NCBI GenBank assembly: GCA_021738505.1 | Contig: JAIPBW010000003.1 | Coordinates: forward strand, 4,063 to 68,062 | DNA from: Bacteroidales bacterium | GTDB taxonomy: Bacteria > Bacteroidota > Bacteroidia > Bacteroidales > PWNQ01 | Direction: 5' to 3' | Length of the DNA stretch: 64,000 nt | Shown here: positions 9,795 through 21,177 of the stretch, in pieces | How positions within the stretch are numbered: position 1 is the stretch's first letter | How the letters are laid out: each line of letters begins with the position of its first letter | The notes under the pieces: generated by a model | Seen by the model: the letters and a program-made list of their open reading frames with translations, nothing else | Told to the model about the DNA's origin: nothing | Databases searched by the model: none | Made by a program: the position numbers and the translations under genes

Positions 9795-12671
9795 CTAATG
9801 TTCCCTGTATGAGTCAATCGGTTCGCAAGTACAAACGAGATGGCGGTCACCGTATGCATCGTCAACACGGGTAACAGGCGGCCAGTATTTCTCTCCTTTA
9901 TTGCTGTCAACAGGAAATACGGCTTTTTCTCTTGTATATGGATAGTTCCATTCGTCGGTTACAACCACAGATGCCGTATGAGGAGCATTTTTAATTACAT
10001 TGTTTTCTTTGTCAGCCTTACCCTCCTCAATTTCTTTAATCTCTTTGCGAATACTTTTCATAGCCGTAACAAAGCGATCAAGCTCTGGTAATGGTTCGCT
10101 TTCAGTAGGCTCTACCATCAGCGTACCATGTACCGGGAAAGCAACTGTTGGTGCATGAAAACTATAATCCGCCAATCGCTTAGCTATGTCAATTTCAGTA
10201 ATGTCTGCTGATTTATGGAATGGATTACAATCTACGATCATTTCATGAGCAACATTTCCATTGGCACCTTTATAGAGAATATCATAATCCTCGCTAAGTT
10301 CCGCTTTCAAATAATTTGCATTAAGAATCGAAATTTTCGTAGCTTCCGTTAATCCGTCGCCACCTAATAACCGTAAATACCCGTAGGAAATAGGCAAAAT
10401 CAAAGGGCTACCGAAAGGTGCTGCTGCCACAGCTCCTATCGCCTTTGAGCCACCGGTTTTCACTACCTTATGAGAAGGAAGATAGGGTTTCAACTTTTCA
10501 TTTACGCCAATAGGACCTACACCCGGACCTCCTCCACCATGTGGGATAGCAAAGGTTTTATGCAGATTCAAATGACAAACATCAGCACCAATAATTCCCG
10601 GATTAGTTAATCCAACCTGGGCATTCATATTAGCTCCATCCAGATAAACTAAACCTCCATTTTCGTGTACGATATCAATAATCTCCAGAATATCCTCTTC
10701 AAAAACACCGTGCGTTGAAGGGTAGGTAATCATTATGGCTGCAAGATTATCTTTGTGTTCTTCAGCTTTCTTTCTTAAATCGTCCAGACTGATATTTCCA
10801 TTTTTATCACTTTCCACTACTACGACTTTCGTTCCTGCCATTACAGCACTTGCCGGATTTGTTCCGTGGGCAGAAGAAGGAACCAAAGTAATATTGCGGT
10901 GACTTTCACCATGATCCTGATGATAAGCGCGGATCGTCAACAATCCCGTATGTTCGCCTGCTGCTCCGGAATTAGGTTGAAAAGATACCGCGGAATATCC
11001 CGTGACTTCTTTAAGCCATTCTTCCAGATTATCAATCAATTCGTAATATCCCTTTGCCTGGTCTTTGGGAACAAATGGGTGTATCTCGCCAAATTCGGGC
11101 CAGCTAAGTGAAAACAATTCTGCTGCTGCATTAAGTTTCATTGTACACGATCCCAAAGGTATCATTGTCCGGTTTAAGGCTAGATCTTTATTTTCAAGAG
11201 AAGTCATATAACGCATCATATCGGTTTCTGAATGATAGGTATTAAAAACCGGATGTGTCAGGTATTCACTTTTTCTTACAAATTTGGAATCAAAAGCATA
11301 ATCTCCTGGTTTTTCTTGTTTCACGGATTTGACTTGCTGATCGGCAGCTTTGCCAAAGACAGTCAAAATATTTTGTACATCCTGTAATGTGGTTGTTTCA
11401 TCTAAACTAATACCCACTTTTGATGCATCAATTTTTCTGAAGTTCATCTTTTCTTTCAAAGCTAAATCAATAACCTGATCAGCAGAACCATTCTTGTCTA
11501 GTTCGATTGCCAGAGTATCAAAATAGTTTTGATTTAGCTGTTTAAAACCTAACTCCTCAATTCCTTTGGCTAATGTTTTTGCTAAAGCATGGATATCTTC
11601 AGCGATGTTCTTCAATCCTTTAGGGCCGTGATAAGTAGCATAAAAACCGGCCATTGAAGCCAATAAAGCCTGAGCTGTACAAATATTCGATGTTGCCCGT
11701 TCTCTTTTAATATGCTGTTCTCTTGTTTGCAGAGCCATACGAAGCGCCTGATTGCCTTCTTTGTCCTTTGAAATACCAATAATCCGGCCGGGAATATTTC
11801 GTTTATACTTCTCTTCCGTAGCAAAATATGCAGCATGAGGGCCACCGAAACCCATCGGTATACCAAAACGCTGTGTAGAGCCAAGGGCAATATCAGCGCC
11901 TAATTCGGCCGGAGGTGTTAATAATGTAAGGCTCAAAATATCAGCAGCCATCGAAACTAACATTTCATTCTCATGCGCTTTTTCTATAAACTGCTTATAA
12001 TCATGGATTTCTCCATTAATATCCGGATACTGTACAAGTGCTCCGAAAAAAGTATCATCAAGTTCAACCTCTTTAAAATTGCCAAAAACAAGCTCAATGT
12101 CCATTGGGACAGCTCTGGTCATGAGAACATCTTTTGTCTGAGGAAAAATTCTGTCATCTACAAAAAACTTCACTGCTCCACGTTTTTTGGCTTTTCTGGA
12201 ACGCGCATCCAATGACATTGACATAGCTTCTGCTGCTGCTGTAGCCTCATCAAGTAAGGATGCATTAGCCATATTAAAACCTGTAAGGTCTGTGATAACG
12301 GTTTGAAAGTTTAACAAAGCCTCAAGCCTTCCTTGCGAAATTTCCGCCTGGTATGGCGTGTAAGAAGTATACCAACCGGGGTTTTCCAAAACATTACGTT
12401 GAATTACCCCTGGTAAGATTGTATTGTAATACCCTAAACCAATAAAGGTTTTGTAAATCTTATTTTTTTCACCAAGAGATTTGATATGTTCTATGTATTC
12501 CTTTTCATTAATACCTTCAGGTAAAGAAAGGGGTTTATCAAGCCTGATAGATTTAGGAATTGTCTTATCAATCAATTCATCCAATGTTTGAACACCGACT
12601 TTTTTCAACATCTCTGGCACCTGGTCGGCGTTGGGGCCATTATGTCTGCGGGAAAAATTATTGGTTATCAT
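9795..12671 (-). CDS. gcvP: Glycine dehydrogenase (decarboxylating), glycine cleavage P protein
   Basis: YTPYQAEISQGRLE, MIPLGSCTMKLN, HLNLHKTF PLP lysine; 958 aa. Confidence 0.99.
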   Translation of the reverse strand: MITNNFSRRHNGPNADQVPEMLKKVGVQTLDELIDKTIPKSIRLDKPLSLPEGINEKEYIEHIKSLGEKNKIYKTFIGLGYYNTILPGVIQRNVLENPGWYTSYTPYQAEISQGRLEALLNFQTVITDLTGFNMANASLLDEATAAAEAMSMSLDARSRKAKKRGAVKFFVDDRIFPQTKDVLMTRAVPMDIELVFGNFKEVELDDTFFGALVQYPDINGEIHDYKQFIEKAHENEMLVSMAADILSLTLLTPPAELGADIALGSTQRFGIPMGFGGPHAAYFATEEKYKRNIPGRIIGISKDKEGNQALRMALQTREQHIKRERATSNICTAQALLASMAGFYATYHGPKGLKNIAEDIHALAKTLAKGIEELGFKQLNQNYFDTLAIELDKNGSADQVIDLALKEKMNFRKIDASKVGISLDETTTLQDVQNILTVFGKAADQQVKSVKQEKPGDYAFDSKFVRKSEYLTHPVFNTYHSETDMMRYMTSLENKDLALNRTMIPLGSCTMKLNAAAELFSLSWPEFGEIHPFVPKDQAKGYYELIDNLEEWLKEVTGYSAVSFQPNSGAAGEHTGLLTIRAYHQDHGESHRNITLVPSSAHGTNPASAVMAGTKVVVVESDKNGNISLDDLRKKAEEHKDNLAAIMITYPSTHGVFEEDILEIIDIVHENGGLVYLDGANMNAQVGLTNPGIIGADVCHLNLHKTFAIPHGGGGPGVGPIGVNEKLKPYLPSHKVVKTGGSKAIGAVAAAPFGSPLILPISYGYLRLLGGDGLTEATKISILNANYLKAELSEDYDILYKGANGNVAHEMIVDCNPFHKSADITEIDIAKRLADYSFHAPTVAFPVHGTLMVEPTESEPLPELDRFVTAMKSIRKEIKEIEEGKADKENNVIKNAPHTASVVVTDEWNYPYTREKAVFPVDSNKGEKYWPPVTRVDDAYGDRHLVCTCEPIDSYREH

Positions 12672-13166
12672 AATATTTGTTTTATAGTATTTGTTATTGA
12701 ATTGTGTTCAAAATTACACCTATTTTATATAATAGCAATATTCTTTTGTTTTACTCTGTATTTGTATTTCATATTTTCAACTCACAAAACGAAGGCATGT
12801 CAGATAATCAGGCATTTCCAATAAGACAAACCTTTTAATCTCCGATCTTCAATTTTTCAAGACCAATTGCATTTTTGTACCCACTCAAATAAGGCAGAAA
12901 TGTAATATAAAAGTAAACAATTTTATAGAAAAATGGTTTCAAAGGAATTAGGACAAAGTGATTATAAATAATTTTTGCAAAAAATTGCATTCTGTTAATG
13001 TATAAACAATATGGCCAGCTGTAAAGTGAAGTGCATTTAGCTCTTTTTCAAAAACATATTCAAATTCATGCAATACATGTATATTGATAACATATTGACA
13101 TATAACAAATTTGAAAATATTAGTCTAAATATTCATGGAATTGTATGCTGCAAAATACAAATACCA

Positions 13167-13184
13167 TTATATTTGCAAATATAA
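13167..13184. promoter_or_regulatory. Perfect 18-bp palindrome carrying a TAnnTTTG -7 element on each strand
   Basis: ttatatttgcaaatataa equals its own reverse complement; lies in the gcvP/hppA divergent region. Confidence 0.55.
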
Positions 13185-13415
13185 GCGACCCTTATTACAA
13201 GGCTTCACTTCCCTCCTGTGGAAAATCAGGCTATTACATAAAACACAACAATACACGCAAACTACAATAAAACATTAGTATCTGGGAATTATAAAATTAG
13301 GATCATAAATTTTGTTCCTAAAGCTATTTATAAATTGGAACAATGGAGTAAATTTTAAAATTAATTCAAAATATCAAATCAAAGAATTAGGGTATAATCA
13401 TTAAATTTAATATTT

Positions 13416-15737
13416 ATGGAGAACATTATTTATTTTATTCCTTTAACAGCCATCCTTGGTTTTCTGTTTATATTGTGGAAAATTTCATGGGTAAACAAAC
13501 AATCTGAAGGTGACAGCAAAATGCAGGAAGTTTCTGCACGCATAAGAAACGGTGCGATGGCATTTTTAAAGTCAGAATATAAGTATCTGACAGTATTTGT
13601 CATCAGTGTATCAATCCTGCTTTTTATCAAAAGTACAACAGAAGTAGATTCGAATGGCTTTGTCGTTATTCCTTTCATTACGGGAGCATTGTTATCCGGC
13701 TTAGCCGGATATTTGGGCATGCGCATTGCGACCAAAGCAAATTCCCGTACCACAGAAGCTACAAAAACCTCATTAGGGAAGGCATTAGGTGTTGCATTTA
13801 GTGGTGGTTCCGTTATGGGAATTGGAGTTGTTTCATTGGGAATTATTGGTTTAAGTTTGTTATTTATCCTTTTTCAAACCGTTTTATTACCAGAATGGGA
13901 TATGGTAAAAGTGCTTAACCTCATCTCTTCTTTTTCTCTCGGAGCTTCATCTATTGCTCTCTTTGCGAGAGTAGGCGGTGGTATTTATACAAAAGCTGCG
14001 GATGTTGGAGCAGATTTAGTAGGTAAAGTAGAAGCCGGTATTCCCGAAGACCACCCTTTAAACCCGGCCACCATTGCAGACAATGTTGGAGACAACGTTG
14101 GTGATGTTGCCGGTATGGGAGCTGATCTTTTTGAATCTTTTGTGGGTGCGATTATTGCTGCCATGGTATTAGGGGCTGCATTTATTGAACTCACGGCTTT
14201 TCAAAGCGGATTTGAATTAGGAGCTGTTATGCTTCCACTGGCTTTAGGTGCATTAGGGATTATCACTTCAATCATTGGGATATTATTCGTAAAAGTCAAT
14301 GGTAGTGGGGATCCTCATAAAGCTTTGAATAAAGGAGAAATTATTTCAATGGCATTAATGATTATTTCATCATTTTTCCTGATTAGTTGGCTACTACCGG
14401 AGTCATGGGTAGAAGAGACAGCTTTGAGAGGTGCTATTACTTACACTCCGGTAAAGATTTTCATTGCCACTTTAATAGGAATAGCTGCCGGTTACATTAT
14501 CGGTCAGATAACAACCTATTATACCGCTACGGGAAAAAATCCGGTTAAAAGTATTGTCAAAAGGTCTATTACAGGTCCGGCTACCAATATCATCTCTGGC
14601 ATTGAAATTGGGATGCTCTCCACAGCTATTCCCCTGCTAACAATCGGAGCCGCAATAATTGGAGCTTATTATCTGGGTGGTCTTTTCGGAATAGCTATTG
14701 CCGCAGTTGCCCTTTTATCCAATGTCGGATTCCAGTTATCAGTAGATGCTTTCGGGCCTATTGCAGATAATGCCGGAGGGATTGCTGAAATGAATCGTCT
14801 GTCTCCGGAAGTAAGACAACGAACAGACAAGCTGGACGCCGTAGGAAACACTACTGCTGCCATAGGCAAGGGCTTTGCTATTGGCTCAGCCACTTTAACT
14901 GCTTTAGCATTATTCGCAGCTTTCACCAAACAAGCCAATATTACTACCATTGATATTGCCAATCCCGTTATTATCGCCGGAGTTCTTGTTGGGGCCATGC
15001 TGCCTTTCTTGTTTTCTTCACTGGCGCTGGGGGCTGTCGGACGCGCTTCAAGTACTATGATTGAAGAAGTTCGCCGTCAGTTTAAAAATATCCCTCAACT
15101 TACAAGTGCCTTAAAAATCATGAAAAAATATGAAGGCGATTTTGAACATATTTCCGATGAGGAACAAAAAGAATTAGACGATGCTGCTCCATACGCTGAA
15201 TATAAAAAATGCATTGAAATATCAACCCAATCATCCCTCAAAGAAATGGTTTTACCGGGGACATTAGCTGTTGTTGTTCCTGTTTTGTTTGGCTACTTAG
15301 GCGGCCCGGAAATACTTGGAGGCTTTTTAGCCGGCGCTGTTGCCTCAGGAATACTATTAGCGATATTTCAGGCTAATTCCGGAGGAGCCTGGGATAATGC
15401 TAAAAAAATGGTAGAAGAAGGCTATACGCATGAGGGTACGGAATATAAAAAAGGAAGTGAAACACATAAAGCTACTGTTGTAGGCGATACTGTCGGTGAT
15501 CCACTTAAGGATACATCCGGACCATCCCTCAACATATTAATCAAATTGATGTCTATTGTAGCTTTAGTTATTGCTCCGGGCATTAAAATTGATAAACCTG
15601 ACGAAAATGCAGCCAGACAAGAGAATAAAGAAGATAACACCCCTGTTGAAACTGCTTTTCAGGCACCGGTTGAAGATGGTTCAACCTTGTACATTAATCC
15701 GTCAGTTTTTCACGAAAAGCAAAACACTAAATCATAG
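13416..15737 (+). CDS. hppA: Membrane-integral pyrophosphatase, K+-dependent, probably Na+-translocating
   Basis: [43 protein letters not shown]; GNTTAA (Ala = K+-dependent); DLFES gate glutamate position typical of Na+-PPases. Confidence 0.95.
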   Translation: MENIIYFIPLTAILGFLFILWKISWVNKQSEGDSKMQEVSARIRNGAMAFLKSEYKYLTVFVISVSILLFIKSTTEVDSNGFVVIPFITGALLSGLAGYLGMRIATKANSRTTEATKTSLGKALGVAFSGGSVMGIGVVSLGIIGLSLLFILFQTVLLPEWDMVKVLNLISSFSLGASSIALFARVGGGIYTKAADVGADLVGKVEAGIPEDHPLNPATIADNVGDNVGDVAGMGADLFESFVGAIIAAMVLGAAFIELTAFQSGFELGAVMLPLALGALGIITSIIGILFVKVNGSGDPHKALNKGEIISMALMIISSFFLISWLLPESWVEETALRGAITYTPVKIFIATLIGIAAGYIIGQITTYYTATGKNPVKSIVKRSITGPATNIISGIEIGMLSTAIPLLTIGAAIIGAYYLGGLFGIAIAAVALLSNVGFQLSVDAFGPIADNAGGIAEMNRLSPEVRQRTDKLDAVGNTTAAIGKGFAIGSATLTALALFAAFTKQANITTIDIANPVIIAGVLVGAMLPFLFSSLALGAVGRASSTMIEEVRRQFKNIPQLTSALKIMKKYEGDFEHISDEEQKELDDAAPYAEYKKCIEISTQSSLKEMVLPGTLAVVVPVLFGYLGGPEILGGFLAGAVASGILLAIFQANSGGAWDNAKKMVEEGYTHEGTEYKKGSETHKATVVGDTVGDPLKDTSGPSLNILIKLMSIVALVIAPGIKIDKPDENAARQENKEDNTPVETAFQAPVEDGSTLYINPSVFHEKQNTKS

Positions 15738-15786
15738 TCTTATGTAAAGACTATCTTCTCCAGGATATCTTGGTGAAAAAATAAAC

Positions 15787-15830
15787 AACACCGTATAGGG
15801 AAAAATGATGCCCTGTACGGTGTTTTATTT
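15787..15830 (+). terminator. Intrinsic terminator after hppA
   Basis: aacaccgtataggg...ccctgtacggtgtt followed by ttattt. Confidence 0.8.
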
Positions 15831-16217
15831 TGCGATAACGTTGCCTTTCTATGAATCGTTTGTATCTTATTAAAGTCTGTATAATAGATAAAATCAAATC
15901 CTGAAAGAAAGCCATACTCTATTGCGACCGCAGTAGTAATGTGTTTATATTTAAGGCTAATATCTGCGAACCTACATTTCATAATTTTCAGGATAAAATA
16001 TTACCTTTGCTACAAATTAATATTTTTTCGGTTTTAAATGTAAGTTTTGTCCAAGTCAGTATATCTTGAAGCCGGCAGACGGCAACAAAAAATAGCTTTG
16101 AGCAACTACCCATTTCCGAAGAAAACAAGATTAACAAATAATATAAGGTAAAGTAAGGAACTAAATATGGATTTGTTTGTTGGACAGATTAAGGATCGAA
16201 AATGAGGTGAGATAACA

Positions 16218-16817
16218 ATGGAAAAAATTAAACTGAACATCATAGGCATTTCAAACAGTCAGACACAAACAGGAGCTTATGCCTTAATTTTAGGTGAAGA
16301 AGAAGGGCAACGCAGGCTACCGATCATCATTGGAGGTTTTGAAGCACAATCTATTGCTATAGAAATGGAAAACATGCACCCCAATCGCCCCTTAACTCAT
16401 GATTTGTTTCGTAATTTTGCCCAGGCCTTTAATATCACTTTAACAGAGGTAATCATCAATAAATTTGAAGAAGGTGTTTTTTATGCACAATTGATTTGCC
16501 ATAGTGATGAAGGCCCTCAGATTATTGACTCCCGGACATCAGATGCCATAGCACTGGCTGTACGCTTTAAATGTCCTGTTTATACTTATGAAGAAGTCAT
16601 GAGTGCTGCCGGGATCCTGATCGAAGAAGAAGACAAGCAAGAAAATGAAAGTAAGGATCAGAACAATCTGGAAGATGTAGATGAAACTACCGAGTTCCAA
16701 CGCTTTACTGTAGACGAGCTTAAACAACTACTCAACGAAGCGGTAGAAAAAGAAGAATTTGAGCGGGCTTCCCACCTACGGGATGAAATCCGTCGAAGAG
16801 AAGAACAGCAACAATAA
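16218..16817 (+). CDS. Bifunctional nuclease (DUF151) family protein with C-terminal UvrB/UvrC motif
   Basis: LPIIIGGFEAQSI, RPLTHDL, DSRTSDAIALA, EAVEKEEFERASHLRDEI. Confidence 0.93.
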   Translation: MEKIKLNIIGISNSQTQTGAYALILGEEEGQRRLPIIIGGFEAQSIAIEMENMHPNRPLTHDLFRNFAQAFNITLTEVIINKFEEGVFYAQLICHSDEGPQIIDSRTSDAIALAVRFKCPVYTYEEVMSAAGILIEEEDKQENESKDQNNLEDVDETTEFQRFTVDELKQLLNEAVEKEEFERASHLRDEIRRREEQQQ

Positions 16818-16850
16818 TAAGCGTTTATCAGGAACTAAAGATTTTGCCTT

Positions 16851-18539
16851 ATGAGAAAAGTTATCGGGCTTGTAATAATGTTGATGCTGACTGTATTGTC
16901 TTCATCAACAGGTTTTGCTCAGGATAGCACCATGGAAGCTTCAAAGAAAAATCAGTTTGCAGCAGAGCAACCCGATAGCATGATTTCCCATACCAGGGAT
17001 CAAAACATGGCTCAGGTTCCCGATACGATCGTTTCCGACACTAGTAATGTAGAAGGCGAGAATATTCTTTTAGATAACGAAGATGCCATGGGGTTTAGCT
17101 TTGAAAGTCTGTACCGCGGCATCTTAGGTATGATCGTCATTATCCTGATAGCTTTTATCTTTAGCTCCAACCGAAGGGCAATCAACTGGAAGGTTGTGTT
17201 TATCGGACTAAGCATACAGGTTGTATTAGCTATTGGAGTGTTGACTGTTCCCTTTGTACAGGGCTTTTTTGAATTTGTCAGTCGTGTCTTTGTCAAAATA
17301 TTATCATTCACCAATGCCGGAAGTGAATTTCTGTTAGGAGACCTCATGGATAGCGATTCGTTTGGCTACATTTTTGCCTTTCAGGTTCTACCAACCATCG
17401 TATTCTTTTCCGCTTTAACAAGTGTTTTATTTTATCTGGGTGTCATTCAAAAAATCGTATACGGCCTGGCCTGGCTAATGACAAAAGCTATGCGTCTTTC
17501 GGGTGCAGAAAGTCTATCCGTTGCAGGTAACATTTTTCTCGGACAAACGGAGTCACCGCTAATGGTGAAGGCGTATCTGGAAAAAATGACGAAAAGTGAA
17601 ATATTATTAGTCATGCTGGGCGGCATGGCTACACTAGCCGGTGGAGTCCTGGCTGCATACATCAGTTTTTTAGGCAATGGAGACCCCGCACAGGAGTTAC
17701 TTTTCGCTAAACACTTATTAGCTGCTTCTATTATGGCTGCTCCGGGGGCTGTTGTTGTGTCTAAAATTCTGGTTCCTCAAACAGAAAAAATTGATCAAGA
17801 CGTGAGTGTTAGTCAGGATAAGTTGGGCAGTAACTTTTTGGAGTCGATGTCCAATGGAGCAACAGAAGGTTTCAAGCTGGCTGCGAACGTAGCTGCTATG
17901 CTTTTGGTTTTTGTTTCATTTATCGCCATGTTCAATTTTATTGTTGGACAAATGGGTAGCTGGTCCTTCCTGATTTTCACCTTTTTTGCTATTGGCACTT
18001 TTTTACTTCTATACTATATTAAAAGAACTTCTATAAAAGCTACTGCCGTATTGGGCTTACTCTTTGTATTCATTGTTGTCTTTAACAATTTGTGGACAGA
18101 ACCATTAGCGGAAGCAACAACCATTAATTCGTACGTAAAGAACTTAAGCAACGGGCAGTTTTCTCAGTTATCACTGGAATTTATTCTGGGATATACTTTT
18201 GCTCCTTTGATGTGGTTGCTTGGAGTGGCTACGGAAGATTTAACCCTGGTAGGACGTCTTTTGGGAGAAAAAATTATCATGAGTGAATTCATTGGTTATG
18301 TCAGCCTTTCAGAGTTAAAGTCTGCAGGAGCTTTCACGCATTACAAATCCATCATCATGGCTACATATATGCTGGCAGGTTTTGCCAACTTTGCTTCAAT
18401 CGGAATACAAATCGGCGGTATAGGCTCACTGGCCCCGGGACGTAAAACCCTTTTATCCAAATTCGGCATGAAAGCATTGCTTGGGGGAACACTAGCCTCA
18501 TTGATGTCGGCAACGATCGTAGGTATGATCATGGGTTAG
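16851..18539 (+). CDS. nupC: CNT/NupC family Na+-dependent nucleoside transporter with N-terminal extension
   Basis: FAFQVLPTIVFFSAL, NIFLGQTESPL, GFANFASIGIQIGG. Confidence 0.93.
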   Translation: MRKVIGLVIMLMLTVLSSSTGFAQDSTMEASKKNQFAAEQPDSMISHTRDQNMAQVPDTIVSDTSNVEGENILLDNEDAMGFSFESLYRGILGMIVIILIAFIFSSNRRAINWKVVFIGLSIQVVLAIGVLTVPFVQGFFEFVSRVFVKILSFTNAGSEFLLGDLMDSDSFGYIFAFQVLPTIVFFSALTSVLFYLGVIQKIVYGLAWLMTKAMRLSGAESLSVAGNIFLGQTESPLMVKAYLEKMTKSEILLVMLGGMATLAGGVLAAYISFLGNGDPAQELLFAKHLLAASIMAAPGAVVVSKILVPQTEKIDQDVSVSQDKLGSNFLESMSNGATEGFKLAANVAAMLLVFVSFIAMFNFIVGQMGSWSFLIFTFFAIGTFLLLYYIKRTSIKATAVLGLLFVFIVVFNNLWTEPLAEATTINSYVKNLSNGQFSQLSLEFILGYTFAPLMWLLGVATEDLTLVGRLLGEKIIMSEFIGYVSLSELKSAGAFTHYKSIIMATYMLAGFANFASIGIQIGGIGSLAPGRKTLLSKFGMKALLGGTLASLMSATIVGMIMG

Positions 18540-18599
18540 TTTCCGTTTAATTGTTAACTATACGGAAGGCTATTACTTATACTTAAAAACAATTGAATT

Positions 18600-19394
18600 A
18601 TGCAACAATATATCAATTTACTTAATCATGTTCTGGAAAATGGCATCAAAAAAGATGACCGAACCGGTACGGGTACTATTAGCGTATTTGGCTATCAAAT
18701 GCGTTTCAACCTTGAAGAAGGATTTCCTGTTCTGACCACAAAAAAATTACACCTGCGTTCTATCATTCATGAGTTGCTATGGTTTTTAAGCGGGGATACC
18801 AATGTAAAGTATCTTCAGGATAACAAAGTGAAAATCTGGAATGAATGGGCAGACGAGGAAGGAAATTTAGGTCCTATCTATGGATATCAGTGGAGGAGTT
18901 GGCCGGATTACCAGGGCGGATATATCGATCAAATCAAACAGGTTATTAACTCCATCAAAGAAAATCCCAATTCAAGAAGACATATTGTTAGTGCATGGAA
19001 TGTAGGACAGCTGGAAGATATGAACCTTCCTCCCTGTCATATTCTTTTTCAGTTTTATGTAGCAGATGGGAAATTATCATTGCAATTGTATCAAAGAAGT
19101 GCTGATATATTTTTAGGGGTTCCTTTCAATATTGCTTCTTATGCTCTTTTATTAAAAATGATTGCTCAGGTAACCGGCCTCAAAGAAGGCGATTTTGTGC
19201 ATACATTAGGAGATGCTCATATTTATCTAAATCATATTGAACAGGCCAAATTGCAGAGAACCCGTAAGCCTTACGAACTACCTGAAATGAAAATCAATCC
19301 GGAAATCACTGATATAGATAAGTTTTCCTTCAATGACTTTGAACTCATAAATTACAAATCTCATCCTCACATTAAAGGGGAAATATCCGTTTAA
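18600..19394 (+). CDS. thyA: Thymidylate synthase
   Basis: [27 protein letters not shown]. Confidence 0.99.
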   Translation: MQQYINLLNHVLENGIKKDDRTGTGTISVFGYQMRFNLEEGFPVLTTKKLHLRSIIHELLWFLSGDTNVKYLQDNKVKIWNEWADEEGNLGPIYGYQWRSWPDYQGGYIDQIKQVINSIKENPNSRRHIVSAWNVGQLEDMNLPPCHILFQFYVADGKLSLQLYQRSADIFLGVPFNIASYALLLKMIAQVTGLKEGDFVHTLGDAHIYLNHIEQAKLQRTRKPYELPEMKINPEITDIDKFSFNDFELINYKSHPHIKGEISV

Positions 19395-19397
19395 GCT

Positions 19398-19898
19398 ATG
19401 CAACCCAAAATTTCCATAATTGTAGCCATTGCGAAAAATCGTGTTATTGGAAAAGATAATAAGATGCCCTGGCATTTACCGGCCGATCTAAAACATTTCA
19501 AAAAAGTAACTTATGGCTTTCCGATCATCATGGGACGCAAAACCTTTGAGTCAATCGGAAAACCTTTACCCGGCAGGAAATCTATCATAATCAGCCGTCA
19601 GGAGAATCTATCGCTGAATTTTGATTCCGTGGAAGTCGTTCACTCCTTTTCGGAAGCCGCAAAGGCTGCCAACGATTATGAGGAAGCTTTTGTTATCGGC
19701 GGAAGCGATATTTATCAACTGGCTTTACCTTTTACCGAAAAAATTTACATGACCAAACTGGATTTGGAAGTTGCAGGAGACACCCATTTCCCGGAACTTG
19801 ACACAGAAAAATGGACCCTCGTTGATGAAGAACATCATCAGGCTGATGCTAAAAACCCACACGATTATAGCTTTTTAATTTACGAACGGACCTCATAG
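19398..19898 (+). CDS. folA: Dihydrofolate reductase
   Basis: IGKDNKMPWHLPADLKHFK, MGRKTFESIG, VIGG; follows thyA. Confidence 0.98.
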   Translation: MQPKISIIVAIAKNRVIGKDNKMPWHLPADLKHFKKVTYGFPIIMGRKTFESIGKPLPGRKSIIISRQENLSLNFDSVEVVHSFSEAAKAANDYEEAFVIGGSDIYQLALPFTEKIYMTKLDLEVAGDTHFPELDTEKWTLVDEEHHQADAKNPHDYSFLIYERTS

Positions 19899-19908
19899 AA
19901 AAAATAGA

Positions 19909-21177
19909 TCAGGTTTTTCGTTTCTTCTTTTTCGCTGCAGGAAATAAAATATTATTCAGAATAAGTCGATAACCCGGAGATTGTGGATGAAGGTCTAGTT
20001 TCGTTGGTGGATCACCTACTAAATGTTGATAGTCTTCCGGATCATGACCACTCAAAAAAGTCCATGTCCCGTCTCCACGAGTACCATGAATATAACGTGC
20101 CTCGTCTAAACCTTTATTTTCGCCCATTACAAGCACATCGGATTTAAGAAACTTTTTCCGGAAAGCTGTGGTTTGCCCCATAAATCCTTCAATAATTCTT
20201 GTATGGTTTTGTGTAAGCATTGTAGGAATAGGATCCCACTTGGCTGAAAATTCGAATAATGTAAACAAATCACTTTCTTTATCTACCTTTTGCATACGCT
20301 TACGCGGATCCACATCAATATTTGATATTTCATATTCATATGGATTTGTCACAATAGAAAAATCCTCAAAAGCAAAACAATTCTCATAATTCAATTTGCT
20401 TTGTGCATTGGGGTCCATCGGGTCTCCGTCAAACATTTTCCGGCAAATATCCACTCCGTCGGCAGCCAGGGCTACATCAAAGGAGTCGGGAGCTGAACAC
20501 ATCGAAAACAAATAGCCTCCGCCTAATACAAAATCTCTTATGCGTTTAGCTACAGCAAGTTTCATTTGAGAAACCTTCTTATAGCCGAGTTTACGGGCCA
20601 TCTCCTCATTCGATTTAACCTTTTTTTGATACCACTCCGTTCCCCGGTAGTTTGCCCAAAACTTACCATATTGCCCCGTAAAATCTTCGTGGTGAAGGTG
20701 CAGCCAATCATACTCCGGTAGTTTTCCATCAAGCACCTCTTTATCATAGACTACATCGTATGGAATTTCTGCATACGTCAAAACAAGTGTAACAGCATCA
20801 TCCCAGGGCTGTTTATCTTTTGGCGAATACACAACTATTTCCGGAGCTTTATGCAACTTCACTGCATCAGTATTTTTTTCCGGATTGGATATTTCTTTGA
20901 CAATTGAAGCAGCTTGCGCATCGGAGATGACTTTATAAGAAATTCCGCGGGCAATGCATTCTTCCTCCAAAGCAGAGTGATGTTTAAACATAAAACTTCC
21001 TCCACGGTAATTCAACAGCCACTGTATTTCAACATCTTGCTCTAAAGTCCAATACGCCACCCCATAAGATTTCAGATGATTATTTTGTTTCTCATCCATT
21101 GGGATCAGAATCCTGGCTGCATAACCAACCTGAATAACAATCAACCAGGCTATAAGTAATATTATTGATCTCTTCAT
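19909..21177 (-). CDS. Conserved Bacteroidota exported protein with probable class I GATase-like fold (family often labelled asparagine synthetase B)
   Basis: Signal peptide; WLLNYRGGSF, HLHHEDFTGQYGKF, GGYLFSMCSA, GHDPEDY; no AsnB motifs. Confidence 0.7.
   Translation of the reverse strand: MKRSIILLIAWLIVIQVGYAARILIPMDEKQNNHLKSYGVAYWTLEQDVEIQWLLNYRGGSFMFKHHSALEEECIARGISYKVISDAQAASIVKEISNPEKNTDAVKLHKAPEIVVYSPKDKQPWDDAVTLVLTYAEIPYDVVYDKEVLDGKLPEYDWLHLHHEDFTGQYGKFWANYRGTEWYQKKVKSNEEMARKLGYKKVSQMKLAVAKRIRDFVLGGGYLFSMCSAPDSFDVALAADGVDICRKMFDGDPMDPNAQSKLNYENCFAFEDFSIVTNPYEYEISNIDVDPRKRMQKVDKESDLFTLFEFSAKWDPIPTMLTQNHTRIIEGFMGQTTAFRKKFLKSDVLVMGENKGLDEARYIHGTRGDGTWTFLSGHDPEDYQHLVGDPPTKLDLHPQSPGYRLILNNILFPAAKKKKRKT

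Noticed and set aside
12672-13415. Glycine riboswitch upstream of gcvP
   Set aside because: No GGAGA...CCGAAG...CTYTCAGG aptamer core found by eye on the minus strand; a cmscan would settle it.
15740-15982. 80-aa ORF after hppA, and similar short intergenic ORFs at 2151-2363, 5161-5484 and 52235-52525
   Set aside because: They run across terminators, promoters or palindromic repeats and show no recognisable motifs.
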